From IMG/VR virus record IMGVR_UViG_3300032290_000117, positions 1 through 24,812 of that record: a DNA stretch of 24,812 bases; one strand, given 5' to 3'. The notes under the pieces were generated by a model, which searched no databases, was not told the DNA's origin, and saw nothing but the letters and a program-made list of their open reading frames with translations. Both the position numbers and the translations under genes were made by a program. Shown piece by piece: positions 24,758-24,812 of this stretch; positions within the stretch are counted from its first letter, which is position 1; every line of letters begins with the position of its first letter. This DNA is from a virus (Duplodnaviria; Caudoviricetes).

Positions 24758-24785
24758 TTGCATAATCCTATAACGTATATATAAT
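24758..24785 (+). promoter_or_regulatory. Rightward sigma70-like promoter TTGCAT-N16-TATAAT, divergent from the late operon
   Basis: Perfect -10, 16-nt spacer, AT-rich upstream sequence; inverted repeat GTTTAC-agca-GTAAAC (24787..24802) over the expected start site. Confidence 0.6.
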
Positions 24786-24812
24786 GGTTTACAGCAGTAA
24801 ACATTTATAGTC

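Larger units (their letters stand above)
1..24812 (-). mobile_element. Tailed dsDNA phage (podovirus-like) packaging, head, tail, ejection and lysis-adjacent region
   Basis: Co-oriented TerL-portal-scaffold-capsid-adaptor-nozzle-fibre-ejection gene order; no host housekeeping genes; no tape measure or sheath. Confidence 0.95.

Overview
This window is the late (morphogenesis) half of a tailed dsDNA bacteriophage with podovirus-type architecture. Every supported gene is on the minus strand, and many are tightly coupled by ATGA/TAATG overlaps. From right to left: a divergent AT-rich control region; a candidate ~145-nt structured RNA bounded by a promoter and a terminator; a degenerate GT34-like glycosyltransferase; small genes; large terminase; HTH-like and Zn-ribbon proteins; portal; small disordered proteins; scaffold; major capsid; decoration-like proteins; tail adaptor and nozzle; fibre/adhesin module; four candidate ejection proteins; small basic peptides; and a membrane/lysis-like region that runs off the left end. 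No tape measure, sheath, integrase, tRNA, CRISPR array or reverse transcriptase was seen. Four genes missing from the ORF track were read manually, one apparently starting at ATT. The main leads are (i) the leader RNA with an exposed anti-Shine-Dalgarno-like loop, plus an internal terminator ahead of the scaffold/capsid genes, and (ii) a possible virion glycosylation system (glycosyltransferase plus Asn/sequon-rich surface proteins). All family assignments come from motif recognition and gene order, not database searches.
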